Assembly: GCA_963820955.1 (NCBI GenBank)
Contig: CAWGCA010000018.1
Span: 376-64,375 of the forward strand
DNA length: 64,000 nucleotides
Direction: 5' to 3'
DNA from: an uncultured Gammaproteobacteria bacterium
GTDB taxonomy: Bacteria; Pseudomonadota; Gammaproteobacteria; Chromatiales; Chromatiaceae
In this document: positions 9,691 to 19,712 of the stretch, one piece after another
Layout: each line of letters starts with the position of its first letter
Numbering within the stretch: position 1 is the first letter of the stretch
The notes under the pieces: model-generated
What the model saw: only the letters and a program-made list of their open reading frames with translations
Databases searched by the model: none
What the model was told of the DNA's origin: nothing
Program-made: the position numbers and the translations under genes

Positions 9691-12393
9691 ATGGAGAAAA
9701 ACTCGTGGCACAGTATGGAGGCGGAGACGGTCCTGCGGGAACACCGGGTTGATGCTGCAACCGGATTGAGCCAGAACGAAATACAGCAGCGACTGGAGGT
9801 TTACGGCTTCAATGAACTGGACCAGTCAGAGGAAAGTTCACCTCTGATGCTACTGATCGGCCAGTTTCGCAATGTTATGATTCTCGTGCTGTTGGGCGCC
9901 GCCGCGCTGTCAGGGGTTGTCGGTGAGTTTCTCGATGCTGTAATCATCCTCGTTATTGTCCTGTTTTCCGCGCTGCTGGGGTTTGTTCAGGAATACCGTG
10001 CAGAGCGCGCGGTCGATGCGCTGCGGCGCATGCTCTCTCCCACGACACGGGTGCTGCGCGACGGCTGCCAGATAGAGATACCCTCTATTCAGCTTGTGCC
10101 TGGTGACATAGTGCTGTTGGAGGCCGGAGATCGGGCCTGTGCCGATATACGGCTGTTCGAAATCAGTTCCTTGCGCTGTGATGAGGCGCCATTGACCGGC
10201 GAGTCCGAGCCGGTGGGCAAACACTCTGAGGTTGTTACCGAGGATGCGCCGCTCCCTGAACGCGCGAACACCGTTTTCAGCGGAACGACTGTCACCTACG
10301 GAAGGGGCAGGGGGGTGGTGACGGGCACGGGTATGGAAAGCGAATTCGGTCGCATTGCGGGTGAAGTGGCGACCGTGGAGTTGGGGAAAACGCCGCTGGA
10401 GAAACGCACCGCCGAGATCAGTAAATGGCTGGCTGTCATCGCCTTTTCCGTATGCGGGCTTGTGGCGGGGATCAGCGTGATCCGGGGCGCCGTCACCGGT
10501 ACGCTGGACCTGGATTTCGTGCTTACCATGACCCTGTTCGCAGTTGCTCTCGCCGTCGCCGCGGTACCTGAGGCGCTGGCGGCTATCGTGACCGGCGCCC
10601 TCGCTATTGGCATGCGATCCATGGCAAAAAAAAATGCCCTGGTAAAACGAATGCCTGCAGTGGAGACCCTCGGTTGTACCACCGTAATCTGTTGCGATAA
10701 AACGGGTACCCTCACTCGGGGTGAGATGACGGTTCGCCACATTCTATGCGGGAGGCAGGAGGTAGAGGTAACCGGCGTCGGTTACGCGCCGGAAGGCGAA
10801 CTGCGGATACCTTCGGGGGCAGGCAATGGCGGTGCTTTGGGACAACTGCTTCAGGCAGGCCTGCTCTGCAATGACTCGGACCTGGTCCATGAGGAGGATC
10901 AGTGGATTATTCGAGGCGATCCTACAGAGGGTGCCTTGCTGGTCGTTGCCGCGAAAGCCGGAATCCAGGTCGGCGACAGCCGGGCGAAATACCCAAGAGT
11001 CGGTGAAGTCCCGTTTGATTCCGAGCGCAAGTGTATGACAACACAGCATCCTTCCGATGAAGGGGGTGTTATCAGTTTTATGAAAGGTGCCCCCGAGGTC
11101 GTGTTGGCGCGCTGTACCTCGATTGCCGAGGGTGAGGCGATACGGGAACTGACAGCGGATGACCGAAGGTTCATCCTCGATCGCAATGAGCAGATGGCAG
11201 GCAAGGCGCTTCGAGTACTCGCTTTAGCCTACCGCGAATCCGGCGATCTCATACCGGGTGACGAAGAAACTCTCGAGACGGACATGGTTTTCCTGGGCCT
11301 CGTCGGAATGATGGATCCACCCCGTAGTGAGGCCTCGAAGGCGGTGGAGACCTGTATTCAGGTGGGGATTCGCACCGTGATGATTACCGGTGATCACCGG
11401 TTAACGGCAACGGCAATCGCTCGTGAAATCGGTATTTACCGGGATGGAGATCAGGTCGTCGATGGTGAGGAGCTGTCGAGGATGTCGGAGGCAGAGCTTG
11501 AACAGGTCGTAGAGCGTGTCTCCGTATATGCCCGCGTCTCGCCGATGGACAAACTCAAGATAGTCAGGGCATGGAAGGCGAGGGGTCATGTGGTGGCCAT
11601 GACCGGTGACGGCATCAACGATGCACCTGCACTGAAACAGGCCGATATCGGAGTGGCGATGGGGATTGCCGGGACGGACGTTGCCCGGGAAGCGGCAGAT
11701 ATGATCCTCGCAGACGATAACTTCGCCACCATTGTAACCGCCATCGAACAGGGGCGCTGGATTTACGATAACATTAAAAAATACCTGGTGTACCTGCTGG
11801 AATCGAATATCGCCGAGGTCATAGTCATTGGCGGTATCGTGCTGATGCTGGGGCCTGACTATCTCCCGCTGCTGCCCGCCGCAATTCTCTACCTCAACCT
11901 GGCTACCGATGGGTTGCCCGCGTTGGCACTCGGTATCTCCCCGCCAGATCCCGACATTATGGATCGCCCTCCCAGGTCGCCGCGCGAGGGTGCGTTCAGT
12001 TGGGACGTAAAATCCTTCCTGATACTGGCGGTGGCGATACAGGTGCCCGTCTACTATTGGATCTTCTTTTCCCATCTGGACGATTGGGAGCATGCTCGGA
12101 CCATGCTGTTTTTCATGTTTATCGGCGTCGAATTCGTTATCGCCCTCAACTGCCGGTCACTGACATACAGTATCTTTGCGGTCCCGCCACACAAGTGGCT
12201 GGTCATTGCCTTGGTCTGGGAACTGGTATTGATCGCTCTCCTTGTTCAAATTCCCGCGGTCAGAGAGGCCTTCGGTATTGCCATTCCCTCGTTGCAAGAC
12301 CTGATGCTCATCTCCGCCATGGGCCTCATGGTGATGAGCGCGATAGAGGTTACCAAGGTGCTGTTGCGCCGTTATACCAGGGTAATGCGGTAG
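9691..12393 (+). CDS. Cation-transporting P-type ATPase (type II, Ca2+/Mg2+-ATPase-like)
   Basis: About 900 aa with the phosphorylation site CCDKTGTLT, MITGDH, the hinge MTGDGINDAPALKQADIGVAMG and about 10 predicted TM helices. Confidence 0.9.
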   Translation: MEKNSWHSMEAETVLREHRVDAATGLSQNEIQQRLEVYGFNELDQSEESSPLMLLIGQFRNVMILVLLGAAALSGVVGEFLDAVIILVIVLFSALLGFVQEYRAERAVDALRRMLSPTTRVLRDGCQIEIPSIQLVPGDIVLLEAGDRACADIRLFEISSLRCDEAPLTGESEPVGKHSEVVTEDAPLPERANTVFSGTTVTYGRGRGVVTGTGMESEFGRIAGEVATVELGKTPLEKRTAEISKWLAVIAFSVCGLVAGISVIRGAVTGTLDLDFVLTMTLFAVALAVAAVPEALAAIVTGALAIGMRSMAKKNALVKRMPAVETLGCTTVICCDKTGTLTRGEMTVRHILCGRQEVEVTGVGYAPEGELRIPSGAGNGGALGQLLQAGLLCNDSDLVHEEDQWIIRGDPTEGALLVVAAKAGIQVGDSRAKYPRVGEVPFDSERKCMTTQHPSDEGGVISFMKGAPEVVLARCTSIAEGEAIRELTADDRRFILDRNEQMAGKALRVLALAYRESGDLIPGDEETLETDMVFLGLVGMMDPPRSEASKAVETCIQVGIRTVMITGDHRLTATAIAREIGIYRDGDQVVDGEELSRMSEAELEQVVERVSVYARVSPMDKLKIVRAWKARGHVVAMTGDGINDAPALKQADIGVAMGIAGTDVAREAADMILADDNFATIVTAIEQGRWIYDNIKKYLVYLLESNIAEVIVIGGIVLMLGPDYLPLLPAAILYLNLATDGLPALALGISPPDPDIMDRPPRSPREGAFSWDVKSFLILAVAIQVPVYYWIFFSHLDDWEHARTMLFFMFIGVEFVIALNCRSLTYSIFAVPPHKWLVIALVWELVLIALLVQIPAVREAFGIAIPSLQDLMLISAMGLMVMSAIEVTKVLLRRYTRVMR

Positions 12394-12642
12394 CCGTATG
12401 GCATGATGCTAAGACTCCCTCTCCCGGGGCAATTGCAGCTTTTACCGAATCTCAATGCTATCAATTTATTGATTCGCAACGAACGGATATACACCCGGCT
12501 CTCAAAAAGCCTGATTGCGGACAAACGAACACATTTTGCCTTTTCTGGACAAGTATTTCGCTTCTATCTCTCACGACGACAGGACCACCCTCCTCGTGGC
12601 CCTGCCCCGAACACTCACCTTGCGCACGGTCGATACGCCGCA

Positions 12643-13140
12643 TCATTCAACCGCGATTTTCCGCTGCGCTGACTTCTCTGCCTTCGGCAGCCGCACCTCA
12701 AGCACGCCATCCTTGAAGTCTGCCTTCACATCTTCCTCGGCGACCCCTTCCGGCAGGTCGATCGTTCGGCTGAAGGAACCGTGCCTGATTTCGGATCGGT
12801 AATAGTCGTCCTTGCGCTCCTCTTCCTTGTGACGAGTTTTTCCCTTAATCGTCACGGTGTTTCCCCTGAGATTGACTTCAAGGTCCTTCTTCTCCACCCC
12901 GGGCAGCTCGGCGCGTAACAGAATCTCCTTTTCCCTGTCGATCATATCGACCCGTGGCGCCCTCAGATCAAAATCCCGCTCTCCGAACAGTCTCCAATCA
13001 GGGAATACCTCGGGGAACGACCGCAGCCACCCCCGGTGAAACAGCGCATCAAACATGCGATCCATCTCTTCAAATGGATGCATAACTTCGTGTTCTGATT
13101 TCGCTTCTTTTGTGATGATATCTTTATCTCTGGTTTTCAT
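12643..13140 (-). CDS. Hsp20/alpha-crystallin small heat-shock protein
   Basis: The alpha-crystallin core reads VDMIDREKEILLRAELPGVEKKDLEVNLRGNTVTIKG ... GSFSRTIDLPEGV ... KDGVLEVRLPK. ATG 13140 is preceded by AAAGGAGAG. Confidence 0.9.
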   Translation of the reverse strand: MKTRDKDIITKEAKSEHEVMHPFEEMDRMFDALFHRGWLRSFPEVFPDWRLFGERDFDLRAPRVDMIDREKEILLRAELPGVEKKDLEVNLRGNTVTIKGKTRHKEEERKDDYYRSEIRHGSFSRTIDLPEGVAEEDVKADFKDGVLEVRLPKAEKSAQRKIAVE

Positions 13141-13173
13141 GACAGCTCTCCTTTTCTCCATTCGTCCTACCTT

Positions 13174-13206
13174 TTATATAGTCCCGAAACAGACCTTTTT
13201 CAAGGG
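13174..13206 (-). promoter_or_regulatory. Candidate sigma32-type heat-shock promoter for hsp20
   Basis: The minus strand reads CCCTTGAAA-N16-CTATATA about 35 nt upstream of the start. The -35 half matches the sigma32 consensus CCCTTGAA well, but the -10 half matches poorly. Confidence 0.3.
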
Positions 13207-13977
13207 CTAAAAATGCAATAAAATTACCAATAAAACAATAAGATACAAGATCGTTGTTCATGGGTGAAATTAGCCGGTGGTGAAAGATTGCGTTGATCGT
13301 TTATCTTCAAGCCCCGGTCGTCTGCAGATCGATCCCTTTTGTATCATTACAGCCAATGAAAAAGTCCCGGAAAGAGGTTTTTATATGTGGTTTTGGTGGG
13401 GGCCACAGAAGATGGCCTAGTGGGCCATGCGGGAAACGTCAACGGGAAGAGACTTGGAACCCCCCGGCTTACCGGATTACAGGAATCTACCATCATTCGC
13501 CTTTCCGGGGAGACAGCCGGACGGCTATGTCCCGGATGGCTGGGTCGGCAGCGGTAGGTAATTCTTTGATCTTTTGTCAAACCGTTAAAGACGGGGTCGT
13601 CAGATCAGACGGCAGGCTTTATTTTGTTTCCCCTGGAGAGAAACTGATACGGATTGACGGGGCGTGCATAGGGAATTTTACGTGCAAAATCAATCATTCG
13701 CGGGTTATAGTACTCACCAGGTAACCACATATAGTGGTGTTGCTTTTGTGGTGAAGCCAGGATCTATTTTTAATCATTTCGTAGTGGAACCAGACCTGGG
13801 GCGAATGAAGTCTGTATTTATTGCTGAATTGATAGTATAGCGAGCCTCAAGTCGGGACAGAAATGTCAGCCCCTGTAGTCATGGGCATGACGCTGACTGG
13901 CTGAAGCTCAGCAAAAAATTTTTCCAAAGGTAGATTCATCTGTAGAGATCAGATTGGCCGTAAAGAATAATCCAAAG

Positions 13978-14658
13978 ATGGTGATGAAGGAGAGTTGTGA
14001 CGTGATCGACGATATTGAAAATCTCAGAGCAGTGTTTGCGAAGCTTGTCGCCTATCGCGACAAAGAAGATAAGCCGCTTACCCAGCAGGCGATGGCGGAC
14101 CAATTGAATGCCGATGGTGTGCTCTCTCTGTCAGGCAAATCGTGGAGCAAATATTCCGTGCGCCGAATCCTGAAAAAATTTGATTTTCAGGATTCTGCTA
14201 GTATCACCTCAGGCGGTCGGGTCAAAGCAAAAAAGGAGGCGATCAGCAAACAAAGCATGAAGGAACCAGCTGAAGAGGGCCTCAAGGAGACCGCGCCTTT
14301 GCGGCAGTGGAGTTATTATGAATCGATCAGGGCGGTGGTGGAAGAGTTGCTTCAAAAGCCCTATACCAATGAGAGTATTGCTCGCGAATTGAATAAAAAA
14401 TCCATAGCCACAACCACCGGAGCGCCTTGGGATTCCACTTCAGCGGCACGTGCAGTCAAAGCACTGGGCTCGAAGGCCACACCGTCGCAAGTCAGCGACG
14501 ATGAGATTCGGGATAGAATAAGGAAGGGTTGGTACGATACGGAATGGGAACGCTTTGTCGCAGTTCCTGTAAAGAAAAAGAAGAAGGATAAGATCAAAAA
14601 AGAATCAGGGTATGAGACTAAGCAAAAAAAGAAAAAGAAGAAAAAAGACAAGAAATAA
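13978..14658 (+). CDS. Hypothetical protein with two tandem HTH-like modules and a poly-lysine tail
   Basis: An internal duplication is visible: LTQQAMADQLNADGVLSLSGKSWSKYSVRRILKK versus YTNESIARELNKKSIATTTGAPWDSTSAARAVKAL. This follows the IA..LN..G..T..G..W pattern seen in recombinase/resolvase-associated HTH regions. The tail is VKKKKKDKIKK..KQKKKKKKKDKK. The start is uncertain (TTG 13954, ATG 13978 or GTG 14002). Confidence 0.55.
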   Translation: MVMKESCDVIDDIENLRAVFAKLVAYRDKEDKPLTQQAMADQLNADGVLSLSGKSWSKYSVRRILKKFDFQDSASITSGGRVKAKKEAISKQSMKEPAEEGLKETAPLRQWSYYESIRAVVEELLQKPYTNESIARELNKKSIATTTGAPWDSTSAARAVKALGSKATPSQVSDDEIRDRIRKGWYDTEWERFVAVPVKKKKKDKIKKESGYETKQKKKKKKKDKK

Positions 14659-14919
14659 TAATCTTGTCGAATTGTTATCGGGCTACTCTTTGAAGCTTGG
14701 GAGCGACTTTCAGATCGATTGGATAAGCTTCGACAGATAGAGTATCGGTAGCAGGAGATGCGGAAAGTGTTTCATTGTGCTTAATCGGGAAACGGTATCG
14801 ATCGTGACTTCAAACAGAAGCTGCCTCTGGATGGATCGTAAAGGATGATGTAGTGGTTGCAATCGATAACGTTCGCCGGGGCACACCGGTTATTTAATCA
14901 AAATCTTAGGGAATGCAAT

Positions 14920-16635
14920 ATGGGTATGTTGGCCAGCAAACTCCGTATAGGCGAGAAAATAGGTTTCGGCTTCGGGCTGGTCGGGCTGCTTTTTCTGGGA
15001 GTGATCTGGCAATACCATAACACCCTGAATCAGTCACTTGCCGACTATCAACAACTGCAGAATGTTTACGGAGCGAAAAAGGATCGGGCGCTGTTTATCG
15101 AATCCAATATGCTTCAGGGGCAGTTATCTGAAAGGGATTTTCTTATCCATCGGGATGAAAAGTTTTCGCAGGAGGTGGATCACTCTATACGGCGAGTTCT
15201 TTTGGAGACCGAACAGTTCGGTAGCATCGATGCCGAGGCAAAAACGGTAGCAAGCCGGATAGAAAAACTCACTACAGTCTATCATCAGCGTTTTCAGGCC
15301 CTGGTAACCGCATGGCAGGACAAAGGGTTGGATCATAACTCCGGGCTACAGGGTGCTTTTCGAAACGCGGTGCATGAGCTTGAGTCGATGGCAGGACACC
15401 TCAAGGCCGGTCGCTTATATCTTCAGCTTCTTCAGATACGCCGTGGAGAAAAGGATCTCGGGCTCAGACGTGAGGAGCTTTACCGCACCCAGGTGCTTGC
15501 TCTGGCGGAGGAATTCAGGGGCCAGGTTTTAGCCTCGGAGCTTGAAGAAAAAACAAAAGAACTGCTGCTTGAAAAGATAGAGGTATATCGCGAAACATTT
15601 GAGGCCTACGCAAGCAGCGTGCTGGCAAACGAAGACATACACGGCGGCAAGGGACCCTTTCGCCAGGCTGCCCATAAGATAGAATCGATTCTCGAGGCAC
15701 ATTATGTGCCGGATCTTGAACGGAACATCCTGCAGCTTAGAAGGAGAGAGAAGGATTATCTATTGCGAGGAGACAGTAAATATGTAGAGATGGCGCTCCA
15801 GGAACTCGCGACTATTCATGCTCAGGTGGATGCATCCAAGATTTCATTAGATAAAAAAGATCAGTTCAAACTACTGCTGGACAATTATCAGAAAGATTTT
15901 CTGTCCCTGGTTGAACAAAATCGACATATCCAGATGCTCACGGATGACATGCGTGAGGCGGTTAGCGAGATTGCGTTGCTGGTCGGTGAAAATGTAGAGC
16001 AGGCCAATCAGGCAATGGGGCAGGTCACGGCGAGTATCAACCAAGTTTCCACGGAGAACGCCCGCCTCATGTTGTGGATTGTTGCTGTGGCCACGCTGCT
16101 GGGAATATTTTTTGCCATTTCGATTACGACGCGTATAGTGCGGCCACTGAAAAAAATGCGGGAACTGATGGATAAGCTGGCCTACGAAGAGCCTGTCGAG
16201 CGTATGCCGTTCGTAACCGCTGGCCGGGATGAAGTCAACGCCATGGCTGAGTCCGTGAACACGATGGCGGACAATAAGAAGCGTTTTATCAATTGGTGGA
16301 AGCAATCGATGCAGGAAGCGGATGTCTGCCACAAACTCCAAGATACTCTGATGGTTGAGCTCGGAGCGGAGGCCAAGATATCCACCGAGCTTAAGGATTT
16401 GGGAATCGAATTGAGGAAGGTACTCAGGGACAAAGCGGAACTGTATTCCAACCAAAGTAAAGACATACTGCTGCTCAGTAGAGAGATCATTGAGACGGTA
16501 GAGCGCTTGTTAGATGCGAGACCGCTGGCGGAAACGCAGGATTCGTTGAATTCCATACGTCATACTGCCATGTCTATTAAAAACTATTTAGAAATGATCG
16601 CATTTCGGCAAGGGGAAAGTGAGGCGGTTAGGTAA
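14920..16635 (+). CDS. Membrane sensor-like protein: TM, ~370-aa helical periplasmic domain, TM, HAMP, no recognisable output domain
   Basis: TM1 is IGFGFGLVGLLFLGVIW and TM2 is LMLWIVAVATLLGIFFAISI. The HAMP region reads RPLKKMRELMDKL..GRDEVNAMAESVNTM. The periplasmic part has three R(R)(G/R)EKD-(L/Y)-LR-like units. The ~130-aa helical C-terminus has no kinase, MCP or GGDEF motifs. Confidence 0.75.
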   Translation: MGMLASKLRIGEKIGFGFGLVGLLFLGVIWQYHNTLNQSLADYQQLQNVYGAKKDRALFIESNMLQGQLSERDFLIHRDEKFSQEVDHSIRRVLLETEQFGSIDAEAKTVASRIEKLTTVYHQRFQALVTAWQDKGLDHNSGLQGAFRNAVHELESMAGHLKAGRLYLQLLQIRRGEKDLGLRREELYRTQVLALAEEFRGQVLASELEEKTKELLLEKIEVYRETFEAYASSVLANEDIHGGKGPFRQAAHKIESILEAHYVPDLERNILQLRRREKDYLLRGDSKYVEMALQELATIHAQVDASKISLDKKDQFKLLLDNYQKDFLSLVEQNRHIQMLTDDMREAVSEIALLVGENVEQANQAMGQVTASINQVSTENARLMLWIVAVATLLGIFFAISITTRIVRPLKKMRELMDKLAYEEPVERMPFVTAGRDEVNAMAESVNTMADNKKRFINWWKQSMQEADVCHKLQDTLMVELGAEAKISTELKDLGIELRKVLRDKAELYSNQSKDILLLSREIIETVERLLDARPLAETQDSLNSIRHTAMSIKNYLEMIAFRQGESEAVR

Positions 16636-16679
16636 CTATACCGGGAAATAAGGGCATAACTTGTAGGCACCGATTGGAG

Positions 16680-17018
16680 ATGAGTAAAAAAGAGACTGAA
16701 GCGCTTTCCTGCCCTGGTTGCGGTCATCCCCTGACTGCAGGTCAGCAAACATGCGCACGATGCAATTTGAATCTAAATTCAACGAACAAAGGGGCCGATA
16801 CCGGGCGGATGGCGGCATGGGAGCGCGAAGGGGATCGCCTTAAAAAATTATGGGTAATCGTGGTAGTATTTTTCTGGTTCAGTGTGAGTTTTCAGGCTGC
16901 ACTCTTTTTTATGGAGGGTAGCCTAAACTTCGTGCTTCTATCCGTGGTCGGCGGGATGATGATACTTGGCGTGGTATTGAAAACCCGATACCAATTGCAC
17001 TTGCGAAACAAACCGTAA
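16680..17018 (+). CDS. Small zinc-ribbon protein with two C-terminal TM helices
   Basis: The zinc ribbon is CPGCGHPL..CARCN. The hydrophobic segments are LWVIVVVFFWFSVSF and VLLSVVGGMMILGVVL. It lies 45 nt downstream of the HAMP gene on the same strand. Confidence 0.5.
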   Translation: MSKKETEALSCPGCGHPLTAGQQTCARCNLNLNSTNKGADTGRMAAWEREGDRLKKLWVIVVVFFWFSVSFQAALFFMEGSLNFVLLSVVGGMMILGVVLKTRYQLHLRNKP

Positions 17019-17034
17019 ATTATCGCAAAAACTT

Positions 17035-17207
17035 AGGGTATCTTTATATTTGTTCGTCATTCCCGACGAAGCGCAGCGTAGATCCGTTAGCAGTGCTGCA
17101 GGGAAGCACTGTTTACGAACCAATGGATGGAGTCCATCCTAAAGTAATCAATAGGCTACTGGATCCCGGCCTGCGCTGATGACGGAGTACGAATAATTCA
17201 GAGGGTC
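17035..17207. mobile_element. MITE-like element, family B copy 1
   Basis: The ends TTGTTCGTCATTCCCGACG ... CTGATGACGGAGTACGAATAATTCAGAGG are inverted. The internal AGTGCTTCCCTGCAGCACT hairpin and the GGTTCGTAAAC block are shared with the copies at 34.3 and 42.6 kb. Confidence 0.6.
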
Positions 17208-17372
17208 CGTGATAAATCAGTGAGTTGCGTGCCAAGTCTTTCGTTTGGTATCTTAATCATGATAAATAACCCGCAGAGTTTCCTATCCCTTCTCTTTTTG
17301 TTCAGTTTAGACGGATGTATGGAATCCAATATCATCTTGAAGGAGTACTAGAGGCTCCGGAGATCAAAAATT

Positions 17373-18407
17373 ATGCAAAAACATGTTGTGTCGATCACTA
17401 CCCGGGTATTTTTATTGCTTGTTTTTCTGATGGCTGTCGGAAATATTTCGCTGGCCGCTCAGGGCAAGCTTACCGGCGGTATCGTTTCCGAACACCCGGA
17501 CTGGTTCAAGGAGAGTTTTCTCGATATTTCCGAAGATGTGGATGAAGCCACAGCAGCCGGAAAACATGTCATCCTGTTCATGCATCTCAACGGTTGCCCT
17601 TATTGTTACAAGATGATCGAAGAGGATTTCAAGCATGCGCCTTACCGGGACTTCATTCAGCAGAATTTTGATGTGATTGGGATAAACATAAAAGGTGATC
17701 GTGAGATCGCTTTCGATGAAGAAACCAGCGTCACTGAGAAAGAACTGGCAAAACTGCTGAAGGTGAGGGCAACCCCGACGGTGGTATTTCTGAACAGCGA
17801 GAATAAGCCAGTTGCACGGTTAAATGGTTATCGCTCCGTGTCTGCATTTAAACAGGCACTGGATTACGTGCATGAGAAGGCCTATCAGAAAACCTCTCTG
17901 ACCGGCTATCTGCAGGAACGGCAGGATTCCCCGAAGTACCGCTTTCGTGACCATCCCCAACTGAAACAGATCACTGATCTGCGGGCGGTTGCGGACCAGC
18001 CTCTAGCGGTATTGTTCGAGGATGAGCGTTGCGACGATGCTTGCGACGCACTGCATGACGGCCATTTGAGTAATCCAGAGATCAATAAAGTCCTGGAAAA
18101 CTATACTTTCGTGCGACTCGACGCCCTCGCTACCACCCCCCTGATAGATGTGGAAGGAAACGCAACCACACCCAGGGAATATGTGGAAAAACTGGGTTTG
18201 AGTTACCGTCCTGGAATTGTTTTGTTTGACCGGGGCAGGGAGATCACCCGGATCGACGGGCTGCTCTACACCTATCACTTCCAGGAACTGCTCCGCTATG
18301 TTGGTGAGCGGCACTACGAGCAGTATCCAAACAGCTTTTTCGACTACCTTGATGTTCAGACGGATAAAATCCTCAGCAGCGGAGAGGATATCGATATATC
18401 TAAGTAG
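17373..18407 (+). CDS. Periplasmic thioredoxin-fold protein (two thioredoxin-like halves)
   Basis: The signal peptide is VFLLLVFLMAVGNISLAAQG. The first half has a CxxC (HVILFMHLNGCPYCYKM), and the second half has LAVLFEDERCDDAC. Confidence 0.8.
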   Translation: MQKHVVSITTRVFLLLVFLMAVGNISLAAQGKLTGGIVSEHPDWFKESFLDISEDVDEATAAGKHVILFMHLNGCPYCYKMIEEDFKHAPYRDFIQQNFDVIGINIKGDREIAFDEETSVTEKELAKLLKVRATPTVVFLNSENKPVARLNGYRSVSAFKQALDYVHEKAYQKTSLTGYLQERQDSPKYRFRDHPQLKQITDLRAVADQPLAVLFEDERCDDACDALHDGHLSNPEINKVLENYTFVRLDALATTPLIDVEGNATTPREYVEKLGLSYRPGIVLFDRGREITRIDGLLYTYHFQELLRYVGERHYEQYPNSFFDYLDVQTDKILSSGEDIDISK

Positions 18408-18501
18408 TGCGGGTCGTTATGCGACGGCTCAGCAGCTGATCCGCGCTTCGGATCAGCGGATAAGTGTCTTCTGATAGTTGCCTCAGGTGCGTGGAAGCGA
18501 C

Positions 18502-18528
18502 AAAAAAATCCCGGCGAGGAAGCCGGGA
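18502..18528 (-). terminator. Orphan rho-independent terminator (minus-strand orientation)
   Basis: The minus strand reads TCCCGGC-TTCCTC-GCCGGGA followed by TTTTTTT. No minus-strand CDS of 60 aa or more ends upstream of it. Confidence 0.5.
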
Positions 18529-19107
18529 TAAGGAGGAGGTCATACACGCTGGAGATAATGCTGTCTCCGCACAAATCAAATGCACCATTCATGCCAAATG
18601 CGGCGGCGCGGTAAATCAGTAAGTTAGCTAAAAGCACAGGTCAATAATGGCTGAATAGGGCACCGCTATCGCGCAGCGACGCTCTAGCTTTGTGCAAAAT
18701 CAATACGCACTATTACTTATTTATTGGGGGGTAATTATATGGAAAATTTGACTAAGGCACATGGTCTGCCTGCCACAATCGCCGATAGTCAACAGTAATC
18801 AGAATTTTTAACTACAAAATTACACTGGCTCAGAAAAACGGCATTTAAAAAAGGGATATTCAACGTATGTCACACAGCGTCAGGTCTGCTGCAAGGGATC
18901 TGAAATTCTGAGTCAAATAACCCGCAAAATTGCTGATTCGACGAACATTTTGGGTTGTTGACAATTATCAATGCTGCCGAGTAATACTCTGTGCTGAACT
19001 GCTGCATTGAATGGATCAGCGGTGAGTAACTATCTAAAGGTAGGAAGGGGTTACTTTCTTACTGATCTTGTTCTTAATCCGCTGCCGGGATAATTCAGGA
19101 GTAGGTC

Positions 19108-19437
19108 ATGAACAGAATGTTTGTTCCACTCGATGAGGCAAAATCCTTCCGTTTCGATGGAGAGATGATCAGCGAGGCGTTAGGACCAGCCGATTCTTTT
19201 GATCTTCCGGAAGATGACAACGAGGATCAGTGGTCTGAACTTCGTCTCTATAGTACCTTGGATGGTCGCTACGTGTGCGAACAGGTTCGCTGCGAAAGCT
19301 GGAAGGGAGGACACGAGCAGCACAAGGTAACCATCTGCGACTCCGCCAACAAAATCAAAGATTTTTTCGGAACAAGTGGGTTGGCTAAGGAGTTGTACGT
19401 TGACGCTGACCTCTTCTCTTCAGAGGATACGGACTGA
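19108..19437 (+). CDS. Hypothetical acidic 109-aa protein
   Basis: The RBS is good (AGGAGTAGGTC-ATG). I could not assign a family with confidence. It sits in an AT-rich islet. Confidence 0.55.
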   Translation: MNRMFVPLDEAKSFRFDGEMISEALGPADSFDLPEDDNEDQWSELRLYSTLDGRYVCEQVRCESWKGGHEQHKVTICDSANKIKDFFGTSGLAKELYVDADLFSSEDTD

Positions 19438-19712
19438 AATCTGGACCGTTGCTTGTCAGCTTCCTGGAATTTTAGATTTCAATAATATAGGGGGGTACCT
19501 CGGAATATAGCTTGAGGTGCCCTCTTCGTTGCCCGAAGAATCTTTCCATCGTCTATCGATAGGCCTTCTCAGGTCTTTCCTCTTTGCGTTCCCAGGCACA
19601 TTGTCAGCCTTGATTTCGGGACCAGCGGATTCGGGTTTTAGATCTGACTAAAAATCCGATATCCTGTGCGTCACATACAGAGTTTATTTGGACAGTAACT
19701 GGAGCAAAGTCG

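Noticed and set aside
9386-9760. 124-aa minus-strand ORF between tag and the ATPase
   Set aside because: It lies entirely within the family D inverted-repeat element and runs into the ATPase start. It has proline- and serine-rich low-complexity sequence and no RBS.
13293-13724. 143-aa plus ORF and 77-aa minus ORF in the gap upstream of the poly-Lys gene
   Set aside because: There are no motifs and the composition is odd. A 38-codon minus-strand frame (MWLPGEYYNPRMIDFARKIPYARPVNPYQ..) looked faintly protein-like but is too short to support.
18958-18988. TTGACA ... TAATAC sigma70-like promoter upstream of the 19108 ORF
   Set aside because: The spacer is 19 nt and the -10 is imperfect, so the evidence is too weak to list as a feature.
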